From an uncultured delta proteobacterium (GTDB lineage Bacteria; Desulfobacterota; Binatia; Binatales; Binataceae), in the NCBI GenBank assembly GCA_963830715.1, contig CAWHNS010000011.1, forward strand, positions 65,243-129,242: a stretch of DNA of 64,000 bases. The letters are read 5' to 3'. The first letter of the stretch is position 1; each line of letters starts with the position of its first letter. Shown in pieces: positions 10,890-21,127 of the stretch. A program made the position numbers and the translations under genes. Below the pieces are notes generated by a model. It was not told where the DNA came from. It did not search any database and saw nothing but the letters and a program-made list of their open reading frames with translations.

Positions 10890-11828
10890 TTGGTCACCGC
10901 TCCTCAGGATTTTGCCGAAGCTGTCTCTGGTCCGATCTCCGGCTGCGCGACTCTCGATTCTCAGGCCGCCGATAAAATCGGGCCGGCCCGCTTGCGGTCC
11001 GCGAAGTTGAGCTGCGACGCTTTGGAACCGGAAGCGCGGCACGCTCCATTCGATCGCGAGTCTGTCCAGCAACTCGTGCTCCAGATCGGCGTCGGACAGG
11101 ATGAGCGCGCGGCTTGCCAGCCGCGGCCTCACAGTGCGGTATTCGAACTCCATATGCTCCGGGCTATGATCGGAATCATGGATGAAGATGTCGATCGGGG
11201 CCTCGGTCCCGGCCACCTGCGGAAGAAGGTCGCGCGCATCACCGAGGCATAGCCGCCACCTCGATTTGAGGAACTCGGGCACCAGCCAGCCGGGCCCGGC
11301 GATCCCGGGTGGAAGGTCGGTGCTCGGCAGGTCGATACTGACCAGGCGTCCAGCAGCGTTGCGTTCCATCGCGCGCAGGATGATCGCCGAGGAGAGGCCG
11401 TCGTGGACGCCGGTCTCGACAACCTTGGCGGGTTTCAAGGTCCGCACGATCGCGTACCAGACCTTGAATCGTCCCAGTTCGAGGCCGGGCGCTTCCGGGC
11501 CGCGAGTGATGCGGTAGTGTTCGCGCAGCGACGCGACGAAATGACTTTCGCTTTCCAACTCGGCGAATAGATCTTCGACCTGGTCCGGCGGTGAGTCCAA
11601 TATGGCCGCGCAGAAGTTGCGCTCCTGATCGCGGGAAAACGACGGCAAGTACGAGTTGGATCTGGCCCGCGAATCGCCGCTGGCGAACAGACGCAGATGC
11701 CTGGCGAGGCGTGCGGGATCCAGCATCTCGCGCAAGGTTCGCCTGAGCGGCTGCGCGCGAATCCTCCGATAATAGAGCGCGGCCATCTCGATCCGGTTCG
11801 AGGCGGCCTTCTTTGTTCCGCTGCTCAA
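10890..11828 (-). CDS. Class I SAM-dependent methyltransferase (Methyltransf_24/TylF-like); reads through into the hydrolase
   Basis: Motifs VETGVHDGLSSAIILRAM...LVSIDL...IDIFIHDSDHS. The domain appears complete near ...DFIGGLRI, but there is no in-frame stop before ATG 10889. A TGA is available in an alternative frame at 10961-10963. Confidence 0.65.
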
Positions 11829-11861
11829 GCTCTCAATGTTCAGGCGCTCTCGCCCTGATGC

Positions 11862-13345
11862 TTAAAAGTCCGCCGTCACGTAATCCTGCGGCGCGTTCGT
11901 CATGCCATACTTAAGGGCCAGCATCAGGCCGACCGACACGTAGAGATAGCGGTCATACACCGCATTTCCGACCAGGCTGGTAAGCAGCATCACACACACC
12001 GACGCCAGCAGGCCGGTCGCCATCACGTGCGCGAAGCTTCTTGGCGGCGACAGCTTGAACCGCAGCTTCAACGCGAGCGCCAGCACGCATCCCATGACCG
12101 CAAGATAGGAGGTCAGGGCCAGGATGCCGCCGCCCTGGAGCAGCCCCATGTATGCGGCATCAGCGTCGTGAACCCGGCTCATTCCCTGGCCGCTGATCGG
12201 ATCCTCGAGAAATCCGATAAGTGCATAGTGCAATTGAAGCATATGACCGCTGGTGTCCGGTGCTGCGCCCGAAACCGTGCCGGTCAGCCGCTCGACTGCG
12301 GAAAACGCCGCAAACGGGTCAAGTCGATAGTAATTCACAATCGCGAGCACCGCGGCGACGCCGCCGCTAGATAGGTGAGAAGCCATGTCCACACGCGCAG
12401 TTCGAGCGCCACCGCGATCGCGAGCCCTGCAACCGCAGCGACCAGCGCGCCTCGCGAACCGGACAACATGATGCCGATTGCGATGCCTGCCAGGACCACC
12501 AGATAAAGCAGCCGTCTGCGCCAGGTCTTTGCCGTGCATCCGAGCAACACCGCGACCGGCAAGGCAACCGCGCACGACACTCCAAGATGGACCGGCTGCG
12601 AGGTCAGTCCGTTGAACCGGTCGATCCAGGCCTTCGAATTGGTTAGAACTTCCTCCACGTTGGTGAAGCCGAGAAGCTCCAGCACCGATATATAGCCATT
12701 GGCTGCGGCCGAGACGATCCAGAGGTCCGCGATCAGCCGCAGCCGCGCCGGGCTGTTCGCAGTCGCGCCCAAAATCACCGGGACGATCAGCAGCGCGACG
12801 GCGAAATCGGCGTCGACCGCCAGATTGCCCTGCGTAGTGGTTACGTCGTGGGCCTTCGAGACCTGGAGCAGGTCGGTGGGACTGGTGGTCGCCGTGAAGG
12901 TGGCCAGCACGGCCGCCGCCAGAAAAACAAATACGCAGCCGAGCAGCGCGGGCGGGACGCTGCGCCAGAACTCGTCCTTGTTGAGGATTGGCACCGCCAG
13001 GAAGACCAGCGCCATTGCCATCATGACGTCGCTCAAGGTGCCCGGCCCGATGCGAATGCCGTTGAAGGTCACCGTTACGGTGCCAAGCAACACGAACAGC
13101 GTGCCCACGTATTCGATGGCGCTGAGATCGCCGAAGGTGGCGGAGTCCCGCAGCAGGATCAGCGCCGCCGCCACTGCGAGCGGTCCGGCGACCAGCAGAA
13201 GCTCCACGCCGGGCGAGACTCGATGCGAGAGCCTGGAAAGCTCGGGACCGACCGCGAGCGCGATCAGAATCGCCGCTGCGGGCGCAAGCGCGGTGACCGC
13301 GGAAAGTATCGGCAGGCGTCCGCGATCGAGAGTGGGACTAGCCAT
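11862..13345 (-). CDS. O-antigen ligase/Wzy-like polysaccharide polymerase, split by a frameshift
   Basis: Track ORFs 12335..13345 and 11862..12575 are colinear halves of one protein with 10 or more TM helices. Motif IMLSGSRGALVAAVAG (Wzy_C-type loop). The frame switch lies within about 12340-12400. Confidence 0.7.
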
Positions 13346-13417
13346 TCGCGATCCGCGATCGGCAGCTCGCGCGGCGAGGCGTCACGCGCCCAGATGGACG
13401 GTCTTCCGACATTTTGT

Positions 13418-14284
13418 TCATACCGATTGGGCGCCCGCGTGACGCACTCCGACCTTCCACGATGAAAGATCCCGGTCCACCAATTCCTCGAGCATCTCGA
13501 CCTCCGGCAGCAGCATCGTGCGCAGTTTCGCTTCGGTCGGGGCGGGAAGTTTCGGAAAATCGCCGCCGCCGCCGAAGACCAGCTTGCGAAGCCCGGCGCG
13601 ATCGGCCAGCCGGACGATTCGGCCCAGCCCGTTGAAGTTCAGCGCGCCAGCGAGGGCGTGGGCCAACCGGGTGATCGAATCCGCGCGCGGAATGGAGAAT
13701 TTTTCCGATGACGCTACTCGCGGCATTTGATCGATCCCGAACGCCGGAATGTTCAGGAACGCGCACACGCGATCGAGATAGGCTTGCGGATGCGCTTCGA
13801 GGTCATCGTAAAAGATCGCCAGTACCGCATCGTCGCCGAAAGCGTTGCGCCATTCACGCAGATAGAACGCATAGCGCCTGGATTCGGACAGTTCCGGATC
13901 GCGAACCACCGCTTCTTCGAACGTAAGGCTCGTATCCGCGTACGCGCGCTTGAGCCGGTAGAGCGAGTACAGCCTGTCGAGCGGATCCCGAAATGAACAG
14001 ATAATCCGCGCGCGCGGGACGAGTTCCCGGATGCGGCTGCGCGCGAGCTCCGAGCAGAAATAGGTCGGCGCGATCTCGCCCATCCGGAGAGCCGGCTCGA
14101 TCGGTCCGAACTGGGCAAGGTACCAGTCAAGTCCGCGGGAGAATCGTCGATCGAAGAAGCGAGTCTCCTTGAATGTCCTCGGCAGAGAGACGTGTCCCCT
14201 TAGCACGGTATCGAGCCAGGTCGTGCCGGTGCGCGGAGGGCCGACCGCGAAGAAATCGGGCAGTCTCCGATCGCGCGCACTCAT
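13418..14284 (-). CDS. PAPS-dependent sulfotransferase
   Basis: 288 aa. 5'-PSB motif FAVGPPRTGTTWL and 3'-PB motif SFRDPLDRLYSLY, both read directly from the track translation. Confidence 0.85.
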   Translation of the reverse strand: MSARDRRLPDFFAVGPPRTGTTWLDTVLRGHVSLPRTFKETRFFDRRFSRGLDWYLAQFGPIEPALRMGEIAPTYFCSELARSRIRELVPRARIICSFRDPLDRLYSLYRLKRAYADTSLTFEEAVVRDPELSESRRYAFYLREWRNAFGDDAVLAIFYDDLEAHPQAYLDRVCAFLNIPAFGIDQMPRVASSEKFSIPRADSITRLAHALAGALNFNGLGRIVRLADRAGLRKLVFGGGGDFPKLPAPTEAKLRTMLLPEVEMLEELVDRDLSSWKVGVRHAGAQSV

Positions 14285-14368
14285 CTGACTGATACGGCTG
14301 TCAGGACACGCTGGAAGATCGCAGTATTATCGCGGAAGGTGGGTGGATTCGGGTCCGATATCGCGGGC

Positions 14369-15637
14369 TTATGGCGGCGAGAACGAAATCATGCTGCGCT
14401 GCGGATCGCGCCTGGCGGTCAAAGCGGCTATCTCAGCTTCGGTTTCGCGCAGAATGCGATCGCGGTCCCAATGCACGCGGGCGTAAGCACGGCCCCGCTC
14501 GCCCATCGATGCCCGGCGGGCGGGATCCTCGCGAAGCCGCATGACCGCGTCGAGCAGCGCGGCGGGGTCCTCGGGCGCGACGACGACGCCGCCTCCGGAC
14601 TCAGTCATCACGCGCGCGATCTCGCTGCCGGGGCTGAGCGAGGCTACCACCGGCCGTCCGGCCGCGAGCAAGGTCAGGGTCTTCGAGGGAAATACTATGT
14701 CGCCGACCGTGCGTTGCTGGGCAATGAGGCAAAGGTCGGAGGCCGCGAGCATTTCCAGAAACGTCTCGCGCGGCTGCAGCGGAAGAAACATCACGTTCGA
14801 GAGGCGCAGCTGCGCCGCTTGCGCCTCCAGGTCGGCCCGCGCCGCCCCGCCTCCCACCAGAAGGAAGATCACGCCGGGTTCCCGGCATCGTTCAGCAGCG
14901 CGCAGGATGACGTCGAGGCCCTGCTTCGCGCCCATGTTCCCGGCATGGACGACCAGGAATTTGCCTTCGAGACCGAATCGCGTCCTGAACAACTGCCCCT
15001 CGCTGCCCGGCGGAACCATGAACAACTCCGGGTCCGCCCAATCAGGAAGGAGCCTGACTTTCGAGGGATCGAAGCCCTTGGCGACTATCTTCCGGCACAT
15101 CGCCTCCGTCAGCGTCGATACGAATGCGGCTTGCCGGTACGCCATTCGTTCCAGCGCGTAAAGCGCCCTGCTGATACCGGCGCGAGGCAACATGCCCAAG
15201 TCGACCGCGGTGTCCGGCGCAAGATCGGTGACGTGGAACACGTACGGAATCTTCCAACGGCGCTTGAGCAGCATCGCGGTCGCCGCGTTTCCGAGCGGCG
15301 GCGACGCCACGAAGAGCACGTCGGGGCGCCGCCTGCTGATCGCGCTCGCCAGCGAAGATGCCACGAACGAGGCCTCGTGCAGAATTCTCCGGATCGCGGT
15401 CGGCCGGCGCGGTACATACAAAAGTGTGCGGACTATGTCGACGCCGTTGTGCGCTTGCTTCGCAAATATACGGTGTGAGTATTCGCTGGAAATGCGCCAT
15501 TCCGGATAGTACGGGAAGGCCGTGCATACGGTCACTCGATGCCCCGCGGAAGCCAGGTATTCGCACTTGCCGGTGGTAAACACGGCGCTGCCGGTCATCT
15601 CCGGCCAGTAGTTCATGGCAAGCGCCAGAATGTCCAT
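14369..15637 (-). CDS. GT4-family glycosyltransferase (WcaI/WbuB-like)
   Basis: 422 aa. N-terminus MDILALAMNYWPEMTGSAVFTTGKCEYLASAGHRVTV is typical of WcaI-type GT4 enzymes. C-terminal Rossmann half reads FPSKTLTLLAAGRPVVA. Confidence 0.85.
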   Translation of the reverse strand: MDILALAMNYWPEMTGSAVFTTGKCEYLASAGHRVTVCTAFPYYPEWRISSEYSHRIFAKQAHNGVDIVRTLLYVPRRPTAIRRILHEASFVASSLASAISRRRPDVLFVASPPLGNAATAMLLKRRWKIPYVFHVTDLAPDTAVDLGMLPRAGISRALYALERMAYRQAAFVSTLTEAMCRKIVAKGFDPSKVRLLPDWADPELFMVPPGSEGQLFRTRFGLEGKFLVVHAGNMGAKQGLDVILRAAERCREPGVIFLLVGGGAARADLEAQAAQLRLSNVMFLPLQPRETFLEMLAASDLCLIAQQRTVGDIVFPSKTLTLLAAGRPVVASLSPGSEIARVMTESGGGVVVAPEDPAALLDAVMRLREDPARRASMGERGRAYARVHWDRDRILRETEAEIAALTARRDPQRSMISFSPP

Positions 15638-15642
15638 CTATC

Positions 15643-15675
15643 TATACGGAGTGTCGGACTATACGGAGTGTCGGA
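15643..15675. repeat. Tandem direct repeat, two copies of tatacggagtgtcgga at a 17-bp period
   Basis: Copies at 15643-15658 and 15660-15675 are identical, separated by one base. They lie in the 85-bp gap between the sugar-transferase stop (15723) and the GT4 start (15637). Confidence 0.9.
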
Positions 15676-15722
15676 GCAAGTGGCGATTCCGCGCCGCGGC
15701 TGCCGTGCCGGCGGGGGACCGT

Positions 15723-17185
15723 CTAGTGCGCGCCCTTTCGTTTGAGGACTGCGGGAATCGTTCGGACGAGAATATCCACGTCAGTGCGAATCGACTGATC
15801 GCGCACATATTCGAGGTCCAACTCCGCGCGCCTGGCCGTGTCGACTATTTCGCTGCGTCCGTTGACTTGCCACAGACCCGTCAGGCCGGGTTTCACCGAC
15901 AGGAACAGATGCGCCAGGTCGTCGTAACGCCGAATCTCGGGCGGAACGACGGGACGGGGGCCGACCAGGCTCATGTCGCCCGTAAGAACATTGAAGAGCT
16001 GGGGCAGCTCGTCGAGGCTGGTCGTTCGCAGGAACTTGCCGAACGGCGTGACGCGAGGGTCCGCTCCTTTGGGCAGCTTGTAGTTGTTGGATACATACCT
16101 GTCATACAGATCCGGATCGGCCTTCAGGGCCTGCTCGGCGTCGGCGTGCATCGTGCGGAATTTGTAGAGCCGCACGCGTTTCCATTTCTGCCCGAGCCGC
16201 TCTTGAACGAAGAGCACCGGGCCGGGGCTGGTCAATTTGATTAGCGCCGCGATGGCCAGCATCAGCGGCGACAGGCATACCAGCAGGACCGCCGAGCCGA
16301 CTACATCGATCGCCCGTTTGACGAACACCTGGAAGCGGCTCATCCCGCGCCCGCCGATCGAAACGATAGGTATCCCGGCAAACTGGTAGAGGCTCTGGCG
16401 AAACAGACTCGCATCGAACATGCCGGTGACGATATTCACCCGCTTGCCCATCCTGATGAAACGCAGCGCCATCAATTCCACGTCCATCAGGCCGACAGCG
16501 CGGGAACGAGGAAAATCTCGTCGGCGTTCTCTGCCAGGGCGGAGGATATCGCGTGCGCCGCATTCGATCCGTTCCCCGCGCCGTTCGCGCCATTTGCGCA
16601 GTTGAGCGGCGCACCCTCGTCGGGGACGATGCCGACCAGTTCGTAGCCGGCAGGCTGCTTCTCCAGGAACAGGCGGGCGAAGCGCTCGGCGCATTGCCGC
16701 TCGCCAACTATCAGCGCCCTGGTAACCGCGCCGTGGCGAGCCAGATAGCCCAGCAGGGCCGCGGTGCCCGCTTCCCGGGTCATCAGCAGGAGCGTCGCGA
16801 TCGAGAAATAGGACCACGCAAGCGGCCGCCCGACTACCCGCAGTTTGAGCGTAAAGACCACGAAGCCCACGGCGATGATCCAGAGCGCCAGGGTCTGCAG
16901 ATGGTTGCCGACCGAGGTGAGGAATCTCTCGCCCGTACGCCTTTCGTAGATACCCCGGTAGCGCGCGATTACCAGCCAAATCGCGACCGTGACCGCCACG
17001 AACAAGAGCTGTTGGGTGGAACCCTGAGGCAGCTTTTCGGGGCCGCGAATCAAAATCAGCAGCCGATTGCCTGTCACACTCGTGACCAGATAGCCGGCGA
17101 GGACGAAGGCTAGCGCGATACAGAGAGCATCGAGGACCCCCGAGATTTGCTCGATCCGGTTTGTTTCACGTTGCATTAGTTTCAT
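15723..17185 (-). CDS. Polyprenyl-phosphate hexose-1-phosphate transferase (WcaJ/WbaP-like initiating enzyme), split by a frameshift
   Basis: C-terminal Bac_transf domain ([21 protein letters not shown]...LYKFRTM...[21 protein letters not shown]). N-terminal TM helices plus a Rossmann-like linker. The halves join at [19 protein letters not shown] near 16490-16497. ATG 17185 lies 1 nt after the upstream TGA. Confidence 0.85.
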
Positions 17186-17186
17186 C

Positions 17187-18434
17187 TCACTCGACAACCT
17201 GGGCGACCGGGCTGCGCCTCCGCCCTTCCGTGGTACCGATCGGATCACCCCCCATGCCCGAGACCTCCTGGTACATCGCCAACATCCGCATGCCGACTGC
17301 CTCCCACCCGAACTGTTCACGTACTAGCCGGCGCCCACGGCTTCGCATCAGGTCGGCGAGCGACGGCTCGTCGAGCACTCGCGAGATCGAGCGCGCCGTC
17401 GCGCCGGCGTCGCAGTCGACGATGAGACCCGCACCCGCTTCCTCGATTTCCCGCCAGATATTCACCTTGTTCGACATCACGACCGGCACCCCGAGGCAGA
17501 GGCTCTCAAGGATGACCAGTCCAAAGTTCTCGGTGTATGAAGGCAATACGAAGACATCGGCGGCGGCGTAGGCCGACGACCGTTCGGCTCCGAGGAGCAT
17601 GCCCGTGAAGGTCGCCTTGTCCGCAACTCCATTCTCCACGAGCCAACTGCGTACGACGCGCGAATAGCCCTCCTCATCGGGACCCGCGATCACCAGATGG
17701 ACATTATCGCGAGTCCGGCAGACGATCGCGAACGCCTTGACCAGAATATCGAGCCCCTTTTTGAAGTTAAGGCGGCTCAAGAAAAGAATCCGCTTCTTTC
17801 CAGCGGTCTCCGGATGGCGGCGCACGAAATCCCCGGCGCTGCCGATCGGTTCGAGCTGCGCAGGATCGAAGCCCTCGGGCACCGTGACTGCATTGAAAAC
17901 CGGCTTGCCGCGCCCGCCGTGGAACAGCCCCGTAGAGGCGGCCAGATGCATCTCCTCTTCGGCGGTAAAATGCACCGCGCTCGCGCGGCGGAGCGCCGGA
18001 GCGACGAACATCCGCTCGGGAATCCGCTTCAGCGATCGGCGCACGCGGAACATGAAAGGATCGAGACTGCCGTGCGGCTTTATGACGTATGGAACACCGT
18101 AGCGCCGGCACAGGTACGCGGCCGCGACGAAATGGAACCGGTACAGTCCGTGTATGTTCACTACGTCAGCGGTGGGTATGGCCTTTCGAAGTCCCTTCAA
18201 CAGCCCGGACGAGAATCCGTAGGCGGTCTTTGACGCCGGAAACTGATGCACCTCGACGCCATCGACGGTCCCTTCCTCAGCGTCGAGCAGCGGCGAGTGT
18301 CCGCTTTCGTATGTGGTGAAAATGGATACCCGCTGACCCATCCGGACAAGTTGGCGGCTGAGTTCGAGACAGGCCACCGCCGATCCGCCATAGGCCGGAT
18401 CGATCCGGTGAATCACCTGAATTATTCGCAGCAT
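17187..18434 (-). CDS. GT4-family glycosyltransferase
   Basis: 415 aa with motif LPSYTENFGLVILESLCLGVPVVMS (E-x7-E). Confidence 0.85.
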   Translation of the reverse strand: MLRIIQVIHRIDPAYGGSAVACLELSRQLVRMGQRVSIFTTYESGHSPLLDAEEGTVDGVEVHQFPASKTAYGFSSGLLKGLRKAIPTADVVNIHGLYRFHFVAAAYLCRRYGVPYVIKPHGSLDPFMFRVRRSLKRIPERMFVAPALRRASAVHFTAEEEMHLAASTGLFHGGRGKPVFNAVTVPEGFDPAQLEPIGSAGDFVRRHPETAGKKRILFLSRLNFKKGLDILVKAFAIVCRTRDNVHLVIAGPDEEGYSRVVRSWLVENGVADKATFTGMLLGAERSSAYAAADVFVLPSYTENFGLVILESLCLGVPVVMSNKVNIWREIEEAGAGLIVDCDAGATARSISRVLDEPSLADLMRSRGRRLVREQFGWEAVGMRMLAMYQEVSGMGGDPIGTTEGRRRSPVAQVVE

Positions 18435-18455
18435 CGCGCGCGTCGCAAGGTGCCG

Positions 18456-19542
18456 TCAGGATACGTGGCCCCGGTTCCGCAACCAGGCGACAGTATCCGC
18501 AACGCCCGTCTCGAGGCTGTAGGGCAGATCGCCGCAGATCTCCTCGAGCGGCGAGGAATCGTAAACCATGTCGGTGATCAGATTGTTCAGCCGGAAGGAT
18601 GTAAGAGGCGGTTCCTGCCATCCACACTTCTTGAGCAGGTCACCGGCTGCGGCCCCGATCTTGAGAACCGGATATGGGAGCGTCCTGATTGGTGCGCTAC
18701 CGAGCGCCTTCGCAATCATGTTCGCCCATTCGCTCAGCCGCAACGGCGGATAGTCGCAGACATAGATCGTCCGCCGATTGATTTGCTCGCGAGGCGCGTG
18801 CAGCAACCGATCGATCTGATAGATGGTATTGCCGACGTAGCCGAATGATTTTCGAGGATCGTGATCGCCGGGGCGAAAATATCGGCCCCGGGCAATCGAG
18901 AGGAAAAACGTGCGATAGGGAATCTCGAACCAGGGACCCCAGATCGAGCACGGCCTGAAGATGACCCACTCGCAGTCCAGGCCGGCGCCGCGCACCAGGA
19001 CTTCGCCTCGCGCCTTGCTCTCGCCGTACAGGTTCGGCGGACAGTAGTCCTCGTCGCTCGCGGGCTGGTAGGCTATCCGGCATACCATCCGCGTTGACGC
19101 AAACGCCACTCTTCGCGTCGCGGCGCATTCGCGCAGCGCCGCGACTACGTTCTCGACTCCCTTGACATTCGCTGCGTAACCGTCGAGACCGGAGGTCTCC
19201 GCATATGTCGGTTCGTGCGGCCAGATGCAGCAGATAGCCGGGCGCGAACTCGCGCAAGCTGCGCTTGATCAGATCCGCGTCGAGAATGTCGCAAGGCTGC
19301 CAGTATGGATGATGGTCCGGATTGAGGGGCGGCTTTTTGTCGAGGTTGAGTACCTCAAATCCGCGCCTGACGAAGTACTCAACCGAATTGGTGCCGATAA
19401 AGCCGGAACCGCCTGTGATGACAATCCGTTCGCGGGCACAATCGGCAGACGGCCGCGCGGCTCCGAGTTCCAAAGCGGAGGGCCCGCCGCCGATCCGCCC
19501 CGGCTCTTCAGCCCGCCCGTTCACGCGAACTTCACCCGGCAA
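18456..19542 (-). CDS. NAD-dependent epimerase/dehydratase (extended SDR), split by a frameshift
   Basis: Rossmann motif ITGGSGFIGTN and catalytic motif YGESK (YxxxK). Track ORFs 18697..19542 and 18456..19109 join via HLAARTD|YAETSGLDGYAANVKGVENV (my translation) near 19200-19215. The start codon is uncertain. Confidence 0.75.
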
Positions 19543-19590
19543 ATCCTCCCGAGCGCGATGGCGTGTTGACGGCGCCGCGCAGTCCGGTAT

Positions 19591-20640
19591 TCAGAATTGG
19601 CGTCGCGTTCTATCTTCGTAGGCGGAAGCTTGATCGGTCTGCGGCTTAGCCTCGGGCAAAGCCGCGATCGTCTCTGCCAGGCGGGCATCGCGATATGGCT
19701 TGATAACTCGCTCGTTGAACAGCACCCCGAGAAAAAAGAAAGCTGGCGAAAGGATGGCGACGACCAGACAGTCGACCAGGACCCACGGCTGGTCCCGCAC
19801 ACTAGGCACGTAGGCGGGCTGAATCATTACGAAGGCGAAATCGGACTGGACCTCCGCCGTAGCCTCCTGCTGCATTTCGGCTGCGATCAACTGGTCAAGC
19901 TGGGCAAGCAGCAGACTGTCCGAGGTATGAGCCGCCTGATCCTCCATAGAGTCGATCGCGGCCCGGGCGACTCCAGCCGCTCGCTTCCGGAGCAATTCCC
20001 TCAAAGTGTGGAGATAGAACTCCAGGACCCTGGTGGCCATCTTCGGGTCCGGATCGAGAAAGCTCACTTCCAGGTTACCCAGCTTGTCATCGTACTGGGC
20101 GTCGAATAGATCGCTCATTCTCTTATAGAGCCGCCAGCGCGTATAGGGATTAAAGCCGAGAGCGGCCTCGACACGACGAACCAGGATCTTGAGTCTATCG
20201 AGCGGCGAAGACCATGGCTGCGCATGCCTTGAAACGATCCGGTCGGCAATATTCAGCTTGTCGACCACGTTCAGGGTGAAGTCGTAGCTGGTCAGGATCG
20301 CCATTTCTTCGTCCGCGTCCCAAGCCGCGGAGCCGACGCCCAGCGTGGAGCTGAGCGAAGAGGCGATGCTCCCCAATCCCGTTACGCCAAGGATTCCGCC
20401 GCCATAGGTCGGACCCTCCTGTGAAGCCGGACGGATCATTGCGACGGCCCGATACCAGCGAGTCATCGCAAACTCGGTCACCAGGAAGGTCGCGAGAACT
20501 GCGCCCAGGGTGAGCGCCAGAATCCGGCGCCACCACGGCAGGACGAGAAAGAGCGACCGACGTGCCGGCGACCCGGCATGATCCGCCGCGGGCCATGACC
20601 GCCCGCGCATCCGGCGCCGCCCTGTGTCGGAGTTCCTCAC
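19591..20640 (-). CDS. PCP/Wzz-like chain-length-determinant-type membrane protein, paralog 1 (no kinase domain)
   Basis: 349 aa with one N-terminal and one C-terminal TM helix flanking a helical/coiled region. Pro-containing segment QPAYVPSVRDQPW lies before TM2. About two-thirds identical by eye to the 22865..23920 product. Confidence 0.6.
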   Translation of the reverse strand: MRNSDTGRRRMRGRSWPAADHAGSPARRSLFLVLPWWRRILALTLGAVLATFLVTEFAMTRWYRAVAMIRPASQEGPTYGGGILGVTGLGSIASSLSSTLGVGSAAWDADEEMAILTSYDFTLNVVDKLNIADRIVSRHAQPWSSPLDRLKILVRRVEAALGFNPYTRWRLYKRMSDLFDAQYDDKLGNLEVSFLDPDPKMATRVLEFYLHTLRELLRKRAAGVARAAIDSMEDQAAHTSDSLLLAQLDQLIAAEMQQEATAEVQSDFAFVMIQPAYVPSVRDQPWVLVDCLVVAILSPAFFFLGVLFNERVIKPYRDARLAETIAALPEAKPQTDQASAYEDRTRRQF

Positions 20641-21127
20641 GATAGCGCCTGCCTCGCCCGATTCTCAAAGCGATCCCGGCAGGAACGGAACGCGGTCATG
20701 GCCTGCCGCGGACAGAGTGGCCGCTGATCAGATTTCAGCGTGATGGACGCCCGGTCTCGATCAATTCATTACTCGCCGCGAAGCCGCCACACCGCATCAT
20801 AGTCATTCCGATGCCCGATCCTGCGAAACACCCGCACAATTGGATATCCAGTATGGTTCATAGTAAGCAAGTGGCTATCGTGCGATTCGCGACAGCCTAT
20901 TCGGGAAATTGGGCAAGCGATCGAGCACAAGGAAATCGGCTACTCGCGCGTCCGCCCTCCCTCGAACCGGGCCTTGACCAACGTCGCGGCCTCAGCGCGC
21001 TTGACCCCACCGAGGATTCCCGCGCTCTGCCTCTAAACCCAAAAACCTTGCCAGAAGCCGACGACCCTTGTCAAGGTCGAGACTAATCGAGGGTGATCGC
21101 GACTCGCCCGGCGGGCCGCGCGGCTCC

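Noticed and set aside
15643-15675. A possible CRISPR array or other repeat array.
   Set aside because: There are only two directly abutting copies of a 16-mer, with no spacers and no cas genes anywhere in the window.
20811-21086. The 91-aa plus-strand ORF in the EPS-internal spacer.
   Set aside because: It has no SD, an odd composition, and runs opposite to all neighbouring genes. The spacer is better explained as a promoter or leader.
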